Origin: Clostridia bacterium
Lineage (GTDB): Bacteria > Bacillota > Clostridia > Oscillospirales > CAG-272
NCBI GenBank assembly: GCA_017456625.1
Contig: JAFTJB010000054.1
Span: 1 to 59,538, forward strand
Length of the DNA stretch: 59,538 nucleotides
Direction of reading: 5' to 3'
Of this stretch, positions 9,521 through 18,836 are shown one piece after another. Made by a program: the position numbers and the translations under genes. Every line of letters starts with the position of its first letter. Positions within the stretch are counted from its first letter, which is position 1. The notes beneath the pieces were generated by a model, which saw nothing but the letters and a program-made list of their open reading frames with translations, had not been told where the DNA came from and searched no databases.

Positions 9521-9676
9521 ATGAAAAGGTATTCAAAACCGCAGGCAGAACTGGTCTTTTTGACAGCGCAGGATATTCTGACAGCGTCCGTCGGCGAGGA
9601 GCACGGCATGGAGGTGCCTGCTGTAACCGACAAGGATTGGCAGATCGGTGAAATCGGCGAGATTCCCGGCGCGTGA
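9521..9676 (+). CDS. Micro-ORF family member 2 (51 aa), unknown function
   Basis: Too short for the supplied ORF track. aaaGGAGGa lies 6-7 nt upstream of ATG 9521. Peptide: MKRYSKPQAELVFLTAQDILTASVGEEHGMEVPAVTDKDWQIGEIGEIPGA, stop 9674-9676. Confidence 0.6.
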   Translation: MKRYSKPQAELVFLTAQDILTASVGEEHGMEVPAVTDKDWQIGEIGEIPGA

Positions 9677-9719
9677 CCCCCAAAAAGATCATTTTTGAAT
9701 TTGAGAAAGGAAACAAATC

Positions 9720-12700
9720 ATGAAAAACGCAAGAAGAATTATTTCTATGCTTCTGGCAGTTTTGATGGTCCTCTCCTCGATGGTCGTTGCGACCACGGTC
9801 AGCGTCAGCGCTGAGGAGGATCACGGAACCCAGCCCACGACTTGGTGGGACGAGAAGACAACGGCAACTGCATTTGCAGGCGGTGACGGTAAGTCCGAGG
9901 CTACGGCATATCAGATCGCCACGGCAGATCAGCTTGCATATTTTGCAAAGTACCTTGAGGGCGGCGCTCTGAACGCAAAGGCAGAGAAGACCTACTTCAA
10001 GCTGACGGCAGACGTCGATATGTCCGCGCATCAGTGGAGACCGATCGGTCACTCCGCAACGTTGCTCGGAACCGCCGAGTACGTTAAAGACAATGCGGCT
10101 CTCGGTACGAACACGCTCTATAACGCAGTGTTTGACGGTGGAAACTTCACCGTCAGCGGCTTGAAGCTGACCGCAGGTGCAGACTATCAGTACGCAAACG
10201 GATGCGCACTCTTTACTTCTATTCAGAAGTCTACGATTCAGAACCTCAAGCTTGAGGTCAAGATCCTTGACCCCCAACTGAAGGAATACGGAATGCCTTC
10301 GCTGAAGAGCAACGGTTCTGCTATGAGCAATTGTAAAAATGCCGTAGCTACCGTAGCGGCACTTGCTGTAAATTCTACGGTCAAGAACGTAACCGCAACC
10401 GTGGATATTGACGTTCGAGACATCGGTGGTGTTTGCGTGGTCTCCGGTTTGGTTGGATCGGTCTTTGGTACAGATCTTTCCGGCTGTACCGTAAAGGGTG
10501 ATATCAACAGCTCGAGCGCAGATCGGGTCTTCGTTGCAGGTGTGCTTGCATACTATCAGGGCGGAGCGCTTACCAACCTTGTCAACGAGGCGAAGATTAC
10601 CGTTGTTAGCACCAAGGCGGGGGCTGAACTGCACTATGGTGGTGTCGTTGCATCCACTACGCAGGGACCTTGGGGCTCCGGCCTGGTCAACAAGGGTGAT
10701 ATGAACATTACTTTAAACGCATCGAACGGTAGCCCCGCAAACATCGGCGGCGTTTTTGGTTGCCCTGCAGTACTGCGCTCCGCAATGGGTGCGTGCCGCA
10801 ACGAGGGTGATATTACCGTAACGACCACAAACTCATCCATCGCAGTCGGCGGTGTCGTCGGACGTACCTCTCACAAGGAGTGCAATTTCACCGGCTACAC
10901 CAATACCGGTGACATTACGGTTACCAAGAGCGGTGGCTCCAGTAACACGATCGTTGGCGGTATCATCGGATATTTCTCCGGCTCGGCGGCAGGCGCAAAG
11001 CTTGTTAACGCCGAGAACACGGGTAAGGTTACTCTTACGTACACCAACGGCGCGGCCAACGCACCTTGGGTTGGCGGCTTGACGGGTGTGCAGAATTGCT
11101 TGACGGTTTCCGACAGCGTAAACCGCGGTGACGTGACCGTAACGGGACTTGGCGCCGGGGCACAGATCGGCGGTCTCACGGGTCATATCCAGTCGGGTGC
11201 AGACGGCTCTGTATCCAATTCCACCAACTACGGTACCGTGACCGTAAAATCCACAGATACGGCTGCCGGCAACTGCCTGGTTGGCGGTCTTGTCGGTAAG
11301 GTAGAACCCAAGACGACCTTTACCAAGGTGGTTAACGAGGGTGACATCATTTGTGAGGGTGCTGAAGCAACTTGGCTCATCGCCGGTATCGCTGCGACCA
11401 TGGCAGCGGGCACCATCAATGACGCAACCAACAACGGTATGATCAAGTGCAAGGCGCAGGTAACGGGAGTTTGCTCGGTTACCGGTATCGTCGGAAATGT
11501 CGCGTCTGCTGTGATCAACACGGCAGTCAACAACGGCGAGATCATTTGCGAGGGCAATGCAAGTCCTTGGAGGATCGCCGGTATTGCGGGAAATCTTAGC
11601 GCGGTACAGATAGATAACGTTAAGAACTATGGAAATATTACGCTGAGCAAAGCCAGCGGTGGCGAACGCAGAATTGGCGGTATTAACGCTGACGTATCCT
11701 CCGGTACGACATGGATCAGAAAGGCAGAGAATCACGGTGACATCACCGCAGAGGCTGTTAATAACGCAGGTACCTTCTGGGTAGGCGGTATCTCCGGCCA
11801 CTGGATTGGAAACTCTACTTATAATGAGGTTTCCAACTATGGAGATATTTATGCATCCAAAGGAAGCACCCACTACCTTGGCGGTATTGCGGGCGGCGTG
11901 AACGTAAGCGCTGATGCAACCACTGCGGCAGAGATGGAAAATCTCTACAATGAGGGCTCGGTCAATGGCGTCGGTGCTACCAGTAACCAAGCGTACGGCG
12001 GTATCATCGGACGTATCTCCAACGACAACCAAAGAACCAATCTTCCCGTACACGACATCGTAAACGCGTTTAACATCGGTGCGGTTAAGTCCGGCTATCT
12101 CTCCGGCGGTATCATCGGTTACGCAGGCTCCTCGAGAAACGGAAACCCTGAAACCGCACGCCGTTATACGGTCAACCTCCGCGAGTGCATTGCGCTTAAC
12201 ACCAACGGCACCTACGGTCTTGTAGGCTCCGCACGTTGCGCATATATGGACATTGAAGACTGCTTCACCGATGCAGAAGATTTCATGACCTACTGCAACC
12301 AGGATACGCTCTATGTGGGCGGTACGGGTATCACCGTCAACGGTGTGCTTTACCCCGAGCACTATAACCTGGGTGATTTCAAGCTCAACCCCGAGGGTGT
12401 TGCTTATATCGATATCGAAACGCTTGACAAGGCAAAGGTCCGTCTCGACTCGATGGCAACCGACGAGTCCGGTATCCGCTTTGACAGCGCGATCTCCAAG
12501 AAGACCTATGCGGATCTGAGAGCAATGGACGTCGACTTCGAGTTCGGTACGCTCATCGCTCCTACCGACAACCTCAACCTTGCAAAGGTCGTAGCATCCT
12601 ACGATAAGATGGATGCACTCGACGCTCTTACCGGCGCGGGCAGGACCATGTACGTGCTCGTTCCTTACGAGCAGGAATTCCTCTCCGAGGATGTGGATAA

Positions 12701-14456
12701 CTACTACTTCGCAGGCGCGCTCAACAAGATCAAGGACGCAAACATCAATCTGTCCTTCTCTGCGATCGCATACCTGACCGTTGAGTACGGCAACAGAAGC
12801 TTTACCTTCTACGCAGATTACGACGATACCAACAAGGACCGTGCGCGCAGTGTCGCACAGGTTGCGAAATCTGCGTTTGAGGACCGCGCAACCGAAGAGA
12901 CGACCATTGACGGTATTGACTATAAGTTCCCCGCAATGGCAAGTAACGAGTGCTACCTCGGCGGCTGGAGCTTGTACTCCAACACGCAGCTCGCACGTCT
13001 CAAGGCATGGAGCAACTATGACAACGAGGGTAAGGTCGTTCCCAACGGACTCACCGTCAACGGCGTTTCCATTTCCGAGTATAAGATCGTATACGCACAG
13101 AGCCCCATCTACAAGACCTACGGCTCCAATTCCGGCAAGACCCTCTTTGGTGATCTTAGCAACGTAAGGATGCAGATCTATACCGACGCTACTACCCCGA
13201 CGGGTCAGTATGTTGAGTATGGCGATACGCTTCTCGGTGCAAGATACGATTACGACAAGCAGACCGCAGAGAGACTTCGCGATTTGATCTACGCAGAGTA
13301 CGGTGTGATGCTTGAGGTCGTTCCGGATTACGACATCGGCGCAGATCCTGCATTCACCTCCGATGACGTGATCACTCCCGAGAGCGATTACGAGATCCTT
13401 GTCGGCTTTACCAACCGCGCAAAGTCGCAATCCGCAGCACTTGCACGCATGCTCGACGATGATTACACCTTCAAGATCGATGATACCAAGATCGTCGTTT
13501 GCGGCGGTGCATTCGGTACAACCTGGCACGCAGTCGACGCGCTTGAGGAGCTCTTCGCAACGCTGGAAAACGGCGTGGATTACAACCTCAAGATGGCAGG
13601 TAACCTCTCCGGCACTTACACGATGCAGAAGATCGCGACCATCGGTGACTCTATCACCCGCGGTTCGCAGGCACTTCCCGACGGTAACGATTACGGCGGT
13701 CCCGGCGGTGCGTCTACTCTCTTCGGCGGCAACGCAACCGAGACCTACTACAGATACTACCTCTCCTATCCCGCAAATCTCCAGAGATTGATGTGGAAGG
13801 AAGGCGTGGTCTACAACTTCGGTCGCGGCGCTTCCACGGCAATCAATCTGGGTAACTCCAACTACTACGGCGGTAGTGCAGAGTGGAACAAGTGCAAGGT
13901 TACGATGGAGACTGTTGCGTTTGATCTCGTATTCCTGCAGCACGGCACCAACGATGCCGGCTCTGTTGCGGCAAACGCTCAAAGAGAGACCGAGTATCGC
14001 AACGAGATCAAGGCGATCGCGGATGAGTTCCTTGCAAACTCCAACCCGAACTGCAAGTTTGTGATCAACAGCGTTCCTCACGCATTTGACGGAGTCGGCT
14101 TCAACAGAAACGAGGCGAATGACGAGAATATGCGTCGCGTCCAGAAGGAGACCGCAACGGCTCTCAAGGCAGAGGGATATGATTTCTATCACTTCAACAT
14201 GGGCGAGTACACCAAGGATAACCTTGTAAACGAGGGCGCAGAGCCTTGTCCCGGTCACACCACTGCAGGCGACTACGCTGAGCAGGAGAAGGCATGCCAC
14301 GGCGACTACTACAACATCCACACGCCTTACACCAAGAACGAGGGTACGCACCCGAACTTCCGCGGCTACAACAAGATGGCTGACGGTGTGTATACGGTTG
14401 TACAGTACATTCTCGCAGGCGGTGCAAAGCCCATCTACATGATTGATATTGGCTAA
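9720..14456 (+). CDS. Giant secreted protein, paralogue of 4177..9342 with the same architecture
   Basis: Signal peptide MKNARRIISMLLAVLMVLSSMVVATTVSVSA. At least 17 GG[IVL]xG repeat cores. SGNH blocks: IGDSITRGS, FGRGAS, HGTNDAG, EGTHPNFRGY. Confidence 0.85.
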   Translation: MKNARRIISMLLAVLMVLSSMVVATTVSVSAEEDHGTQPTTWWDEKTTATAFAGGDGKSEATAYQIATADQLAYFAKYLEGGALNAKAEKTYFKLTADVDMSAHQWRPIGHSATLLGTAEYVKDNAALGTNTLYNAVFDGGNFTVSGLKLTAGADYQYANGCALFTSIQKSTIQNLKLEVKILDPQLKEYGMPSLKSNGSAMSNCKNAVATVAALAVNSTVKNVTATVDIDVRDIGGVCVVSGLVGSVFGTDLSGCTVKGDINSSSADRVFVAGVLAYYQGGALTNLVNEAKITVVSTKAGAELHYGGVVASTTQGPWGSGLVNKGDMNITLNASNGSPANIGGVFGCPAVLRSAMGACRNEGDITVTTTNSSIAVGGVVGRTSHKECNFTGYTNTGDITVTKSGGSSNTIVGGIIGYFSGSAAGAKLVNAENTGKVTLTYTNGAANAPWVGGLTGVQNCLTVSDSVNRGDVTVTGLGAGAQIGGLTGHIQSGADGSVSNSTNYGTVTVKSTDTAAGNCLVGGLVGKVEPKTTFTKVVNEGDIICEGAEATWLIAGIAATMAAGTINDATNNGMIKCKAQVTGVCSVTGIVGNVASAVINTAVNNGEIICEGNASPWRIAGIAGNLSAVQIDNVKNYGNITLSKASGGERRIGGINADVSSGTTWIRKAENHGDITAEAVNNAGTFWVGGISGHWIGNSTYNEVSNYGDIYASKGSTHYLGGIAGGVNVSADATTAAEMENLYNEGSVNGVGATSNQAYGGIIGRISNDNQRTNLPVHDIVNAFNIGAVKSGYLSGGIIGYAGSSRNGNPETARRYTVNLRECIALNTNGTYGLVGSARCAYMDIEDCFTDAEDFMTYCNQDTLYVGGTGITVNGVLYPEHYNLGDFKLNPEGVAYIDIETLDKAKVRLDSMATDESGIRFDSAISKKTYADLRAMDVDFEFGTLIAPTDNLNLAKVVASYDKMDALDALTGAGRTMYVLVPYEQEFLSEDVDNYYFAGALNKIKDANINLSFSAIAYLTVEYGNRSFTFYADYDDTNKDRARSVAQVAKSAFEDRATEETTIDGIDYKFPAMASNECYLGGWSLYSNTQLARLKAWSNYDNEGKVVPNGLTVNGVSISEYKIVYAQSPIYKTYGSNSGKTLFGDLSNVRMQIYTDATTPTGQYVEYGDTLLGARYDYDKQTAERLRDLIYAEYGVMLEVVPDYDIGADPAFTSDDVITPESDYEILVGFTNRAKSQSAALARMLDDDYTFKIDDTKIVVCGGAFGTTWHAVDALEELFATLENGVDYNLKMAGNLSGTYTMQKIATIGDSITRGSQALPDGNDYGGPGGASTLFGGNATETYYRYYLSYPANLQRLMWKEGVVYNFGRGASTAINLGNSNYYGGSAEWNKCKVTMETVAFDLVFLQHGTNDAGSVAANAQRETEYRNEIKAIADEFLANSNPNCKFVINSVPHAFDGVGFNRNEANDENMRRVQKETATALKAEGYDFYHFNMGEYTKDNLVNEGAEPCPGHTTAGDYAEQEKACHGDYYNIHTPYTKNEGTHPNFRGYNKMADGVYTVVQYILAGGAKPIYMIDIG

Positions 14457-14479
14457 TATCGGCAGAAAACAATCTTTTT

Positions 14480-14510
14480 CGAGAGGTCCTTCGGGACCTC
14501 TCGTTTTTTT
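14480..14510 (+). terminator. Rho-independent terminator after giant gene 2
   Basis: cgagaggtcc-ttcg-ggacctctcg perfect stem followed by a T7 run. Confidence 0.85.
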
Positions 14511-14584
14511 GTTGTCATTTTTTCCAATTTTGCATTTTTGATTTTGTTGACAATTTACAAGTTGTAAAAAAATATATCTTTCGG

Positions 14585-14613
14585 TTGACAAATATGATAT
14601 GATTTGGTATAAT
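14585..14613 (+). promoter_or_regulatory. Consensus promoter for the short SGNH paralogue
   Basis: TTGACA (14585-14590), 17-nt spacer, TATAAT (14608-14613) with an upstream TG. Confidence 0.7.
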
Positions 14614-14671
14614 TATAGTTGAACATTTGTCCCTAAAAGTGAATCAATCTTTTGTTTGAAGGAGAGATAAC

Positions 14672-16447
14672 ATGAAAAAAACAAAATGGATGAGTTTTCT
14701 GACCGTTTTGCTTGTCGTTTGCATGCTTTGCACCTCGTGCTTTGGCGGCGATGAGGACGTGAAGGGAACCACCGATGACGACGAAACGACGGTGACTACC
14801 CCCGAGGAGACCACCCCCGGTGTCACCACGACCAAGAAGCCGACCACCACGACGGCGCCCCCCGTGACGCAGGCACCTACCAACGATCCCGAGCCCGAGG
14901 ATATGCCTCACAACGAGGAGCTCCTGCTCGGCGGTGTAAATATCACCTCCTACAAGATCATTTACGGTCGCTCTCAGATGGAGAAGACCTACAACTCCAG
15001 AACCGGTAACACCGCGTGGGAGGATCTGATGGAGAGCGGATTTGAGGGCTATGAGAATCTGCTTCTGGGCGATAACAACAAGGCGGATTTCGACTTTGAG
15101 ACCGCAATGCGCTTGCAGAAGTTGATCTTGGATAACTTTGGCTACGAGATCCCCGTATACAAGGATTCCGACCCGCTGGTAAAGAATGAAACCCGTTACG
15201 AGATCCTCGTTGGATTTACCGCAAGAGCGGCTTCTACCAGGACTGCGGCAAACCTGAAGATCGACCAGTATTTCTGCGGCTTCAACAGCGATGTTGAGAC
15301 CGAGTATGCAACGCAGTACATCATCTGCGGCGGCTCCTACGGTGCAACCTGGCATGCGATCGACGAGTTTGAGCGTGTGCTCGCTGATCCCGATGCGTAC
15401 ATTCCCGAGGAAACGCCGGAGCCTATCGATCTTTCCAACGTTCCTCACGAGGACGATACGGATTATCTCGCAGACAACAACGATAGCGGATTCTCCCCCA
15501 CGGCTATCAACATCACCAAGGAGATGAATTTCACCAAGGCGTATGATTTCAAGGCAGTTGCAACCATCGGTGACTCGATCACCCGTGGCTCTCAGGGTGT
15601 CCCGGACGGCAACAACTACGGTGATCCGAGCGGCTTTGCACAGACCATTATGGGAAGCGCGACCGCTACGTATCTCGAGCAGTTCCTCAGCTGGCCCGCT
15701 GTTCTTCAGAGAGAGCTTTGGAAGGATTATCTGATTTGTAACTACGGTCAGGGTAACTCCACCCTGCGTGACCCCGACCAGACGGTTTATCCCGACAAGG
15801 GTCCGTACTACTACAATGATACCGCAAAGTTTACAAGCCTATTGGCAGAGTCCGACAGAGAGGATTTTGAGTTTGATATGGTCCTCATCATGCTCGGTAC
15901 CAACGATGCAGGACGTGACAGCGGCGCAGCATCATGGAAGTGGACTCTGAAGGAGGAGTTCTACCAGGAGGCAAAGCTTTTGCTTACCAAAATCTCCGCA
16001 GGCTCTCCCGATGCTACCTTCGTATTCATGAATGCGCCTCACCGTTGCGACGGTAAGACCGATACCACTGCAGGCGGGACCGAGAGAAATGACGCGGCGA
16101 TCCGTGTCATTCAGCTTGCAACCGCAGAGAGACTGCTTGCTGAGGGCTACGACGTGAAGTTCTATGACATGGAGCGCTACACGGTTGAAAATCTGACCGG
16201 CGAGGGCTTGACCTGTGCGGAAAAGTCGGAGGATTTCGCAGATAAGACCGAAGCGGAGATTCTCGAGGCAGAGAAAGAGGCACACGGAGATTACTACAAC
16301 ATCCATACCGATACGGGTACTCCCGATACCACGCACCCCAACTGGCGTGGATACGGTAAGATCGCAGAGGGTATGGAGGCAATGCTCCTGCACCTGTTTG
16401 AGGGCGCAGAGGCACCTGAGTATATGGTAGCTCTGAGAGGTCAATAA
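14672..16447 (+). CDS. Short paralogue: Cys-containing signal peptide, Thr/Pro-rich linker, alpha/beta module, SGNH esterase. It has no beta-helix repeats.
   Basis: MKKTKWMSFLTVLLVVCMLCTSCFGG. Linker: TTPEETTPGVTTTKKPTTTTAPPVTQAPT. YEILVGFTARA and ICGGSYGATWHA match the giants. SGNH blocks: IGDSITRGS, LGTNDAG, DTTHPNWRGY. Confidence 0.8.
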   Translation: MKKTKWMSFLTVLLVVCMLCTSCFGGDEDVKGTTDDDETTVTTPEETTPGVTTTKKPTTTTAPPVTQAPTNDPEPEDMPHNEELLLGGVNITSYKIIYGRSQMEKTYNSRTGNTAWEDLMESGFEGYENLLLGDNNKADFDFETAMRLQKLILDNFGYEIPVYKDSDPLVKNETRYEILVGFTARAASTRTAANLKIDQYFCGFNSDVETEYATQYIICGGSYGATWHAIDEFERVLADPDAYIPEETPEPIDLSNVPHEDDTDYLADNNDSGFSPTAINITKEMNFTKAYDFKAVATIGDSITRGSQGVPDGNNYGDPSGFAQTIMGSATATYLEQFLSWPAVLQRELWKDYLICNYGQGNSTLRDPDQTVYPDKGPYYYNDTAKFTSLLAESDREDFEFDMVLIMLGTNDAGRDSGAASWKWTLKEEFYQEAKLLLTKISAGSPDATFVFMNAPHRCDGKTDTTAGGTERNDAAIRVIQLATAERLLAEGYDVKFYDMERYTVENLTGEGLTCAEKSEDFADKTEAEILEAEKEAHGDYYNIHTDTGTPDTTHPNWRGYGKIAEGMEAMLLHLFEGAEAPEYMVALRGQ

Positions 16448-16449
16448 AC

Positions 16450-16487
16450 AAAAAAGGAAGCAACCAAAACGGTTGCTTCCTTTTTTT
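16450..16487. terminator. Bidirectional terminator between the convergent SGNH and GH78 genes
   Basis: aaaaaaGGAAGCAACCaaaacGGTTGCTTCCttttttt. Confidence 0.85.
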
Positions 16488-16492
16488 GTTGC

Positions 16493-18733
16493 TTAGTTTT
16501 TGTCGGCGAGAGAAAAGGTGCCACCTGTGAGCAATGTTTTGTAGCCCGAGGGGAGCGTGACGTGTGCAGTCATGCCTGCGGGGATCTCGAATTCATAGTA
16601 AACGTCGTCTCCCTTGTAGTACCAATGCGCGCGAAGGGTACCGAGCGCGGTGTCAATGGAGGTGTCGGCAAAGCCAAGGCACTTGTTTGGTTGAGGCGCA
16701 ATGGAGACCTCACGGTAAGCGGGGGAGAGAGGCTTGATGCCGCAAGCGACACCGAAGATCCAATCGTATACCGCTCCGTACGCGTAGTGGTTAAAGGAAT
16801 TCATATCGGTGCTCCAGAAGGTGCCGTCCTCCTTGCGGCTGTTCCAGTGCTCCCACATGGTGGTGGCACCGTGAGTAACGGAATAGAGCCAGGAGGGGTT
16901 CTTTTCCTGCATCAGAAGCGCGTAGGCGACGTCTGTGTAGCCGTTTTCCGAGAGCGCGTGGAGAATGTAGGGCGTACCTACAAAGCCCGTGGTCATGCGC
17001 ATATCAAAGTCACGGATCAGCTCTACGAGCTTTGCGGCAAGTGCGGGACGCTCGTCATCGTTGCAGAGGTTGAAGTGCAGAATCAGAGTCAGAGCGGTCT
17101 GTGTCACACCCTTTCGTACCGTGTCAACGGGGGCACGGCCTCCGACGGAGATCTCCGTGAAGGGGAATTCCTCCTTTGGCATACCGTTTTCCATAAAGTA
17201 CGCGCGGAATGCCCGGCGGACATTTTGGTGAAGCGTGCGATATTCGCTCATATCCTTGCCAAGTGCCTCGCCCGCCTTGATCAACAGTTCCGTGGAATAC
17301 GCGAAAAATGCGGAAGCAATAAGGTCATTGGAGGTTGCGCCAACGTAGGAATCCTCACCCGCATCCATTGCGAGCCAGTCGCCGTAGTGGAGTCCCTGCA
17401 GCCACAAAAATTCTTCGTTGCCGGCACTGTGAAGATAATCTACCCACTTCTTCATAGTGGGGAAGTGGCGCGCAAGCAGCTTTTTGTCGCCGTACGCGAG
17501 GTAGATCTCCCACGGCACAATGCACGCGCAGTCTCCCCATGCGGCAGAAATGCGCTTGGGACGCGCGTTGGGAGCGTCGGGAACGACACCGTGAACGGCA
17601 CCGTCCTTTCCTTGCTCCAGCGCAACGTCGTTCATCCATTTATTAAGGAATTTTTTGACGTTGTAGTTGATCGCGGCAGTACGGCAGAATACCTGCGTGT
17701 CACCCGTCCAGCCGAGGCGCTCGTTTCTCTGCGGGCAGTCGGTCGGAATATCGAGGTAGTTGCTCTTCTGTCCCCAGATGACGTTGTGGTAGAGCTGGTT
17801 GATCTTCTCGTTTCCGCAACGGAAGCGACCCGTACGCGCCATTTCGGAGTGTACGGCAATGGCGCAGAAGCTATTCAGGTCGACCTCGTCGAAGGGATAT
17901 TCTTCAATGCGGATGTAACGGAAGCCCTGGAAGGAGTATGCGGGCTTGAAAACATCCTTGCCTCCACTGAGCACGTAGGTCATTTCGTTGCGTGCCAAGC
18001 GGTAGTTCTCATTGTAGAAATTGCCGTCGCGGTCAAGCACCTCTCCATGATGGAAGAGCACACGGCTGCCGCGCGGTCCTTGGATAGTGACCTCAACGTA
18101 GCCCGTCATGTTCTGACCAAAGTCGATTACGGTCTCTCCCTTTGGAGTGCGGATCAGCTCAATGGGGGTAATGCGGTCATTTTCAACGATCCATTCACCC
18201 TCCTGCGCGACGAGACGGGTCTTGATGTCTGCGGCGAGAACTGCCTTGCCAAGGTGACGGATCTCGGCGGTTTTGTCCACCGTCTCGCCGTTGTAGATCT
18301 CGGCAAACAGGACTTCGTTGGTGTAAACGTCCCAGGAGGCATCGGTTGCCACAGCTTCGCTCGTTCCGTCTGCATAGACGACGTCCATCCACGCAATGAA
18401 GGCGATCTGATCGCGGTAGCTGTGCGTGGTCTGCATCAGGTGTCCCACAGCCCAACCGCTGCCAACTCCAAAGGAGAGCGTGTTGGATGCCTTGAGAGCG
18501 TCGGTCACGTCATAGGTCTGGTATTGAACGCGCTTGGGGTAACTCGTCCAACCCGGGGCAAGCACACCTTTCCCAACGCGCGCGCCGTTGAGAGAAAAGG
18601 TGTAAACGCCGATCGCGGATGCGTGGACGGTCGCTTTTTTGATTTCCTTTTTTGGAAAAAATTCGGTTTGGAAGGTTACAACGGAATATTCGGGATCAAT
18701 GGGGGAAGTGATCCATTTTGCCATGTTCTTCAT
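16493..18733 (-). CDS. Alpha-L-rhamnosidase (GH78 family)
   Basis: 746 aa. N-terminus (WITSP..., YTFSLNGARVGKGVLAPGWTSY) and the catalytic-domain motif DIPTDCPQRNERLGWTGD are typical of GH78. AAGGAG SD upstream. Confidence 0.85.
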   Translation of the reverse strand: MKNMAKWITSPIDPEYSVVTFQTEFFPKKEIKKATVHASAIGVYTFSLNGARVGKGVLAPGWTSYPKRVQYQTYDVTDALKASNTLSFGVGSGWAVGHLMQTTHSYRDQIAFIAWMDVVYADGTSEAVATDASWDVYTNEVLFAEIYNGETVDKTAEIRHLGKAVLAADIKTRLVAQEGEWIVENDRITPIELIRTPKGETVIDFGQNMTGYVEVTIQGPRGSRVLFHHGEVLDRDGNFYNENYRLARNEMTYVLSGGKDVFKPAYSFQGFRYIRIEEYPFDEVDLNSFCAIAVHSEMARTGRFRCGNEKINQLYHNVIWGQKSNYLDIPTDCPQRNERLGWTGDTQVFCRTAAINYNVKKFLNKWMNDVALEQGKDGAVHGVVPDAPNARPKRISAAWGDCACIVPWEIYLAYGDKKLLARHFPTMKKWVDYLHSAGNEEFLWLQGLHYGDWLAMDAGEDSYVGATSNDLIASAFFAYSTELLIKAGEALGKDMSEYRTLHQNVRRAFRAYFMENGMPKEEFPFTEISVGGRAPVDTVRKGVTQTALTLILHFNLCNDDERPALAAKLVELIRDFDMRMTTGFVGTPYILHALSENGYTDVAYALLMQEKNPSWLYSVTHGATTMWEHWNSRKEDGTFWSTDMNSFNHYAYGAVYDWIFGVACGIKPLSPAYREVSIAPQPNKCLGFADTSIDTALGTLRAHWYYKGDDVYYEFEIPAGMTAHVTLPSGYKTLLTGGTFSLADKN

Positions 18734-18767
18734 TTGTTTGTCTCCTTAAAAAAATTAAAAAATCCTC

Positions 18768-18797
18768 TTGCATATAGTATAGCAAATGTGATATAAT
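18768..18797 (+). promoter_or_regulatory. Extended -10 promoter for the AraC-family gene
   Basis: TTGCAT (18768-18773), 18-nt spacer, TGaTATAAT ending at 18797. Confidence 0.5.
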
Positions 18798-18836
18798 AAA
18801 ACAACCGATATTGTTGCTTTTTTGGGGGGCGTTTTT

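Noticed and set aside
14546-14574. A second TTGACA hexamer upstream of the short SGNH gene, as a possible tandem promoter.
   Set aside because: The sequence 17 nt downstream (aaaata) is a poor -10 element. The consensus promoter at 14585..14613 explains expression.
16562-18796. 744-aa ORF antisense to the GH78 rhamnosidase. The same type of shadow ORF occurs at 19850..21709, 25116..27173, 28431..31154, 33911..34903, 35622..36965, 45271..46749 and 48546..50021.
   Set aside because: Each is the mirror frame of a gene with strong family motifs (GH78, transketolase, PBP2, GS type III, MFS, PcrA, GH78-like, M20). None has an SD or any recognisable motif.
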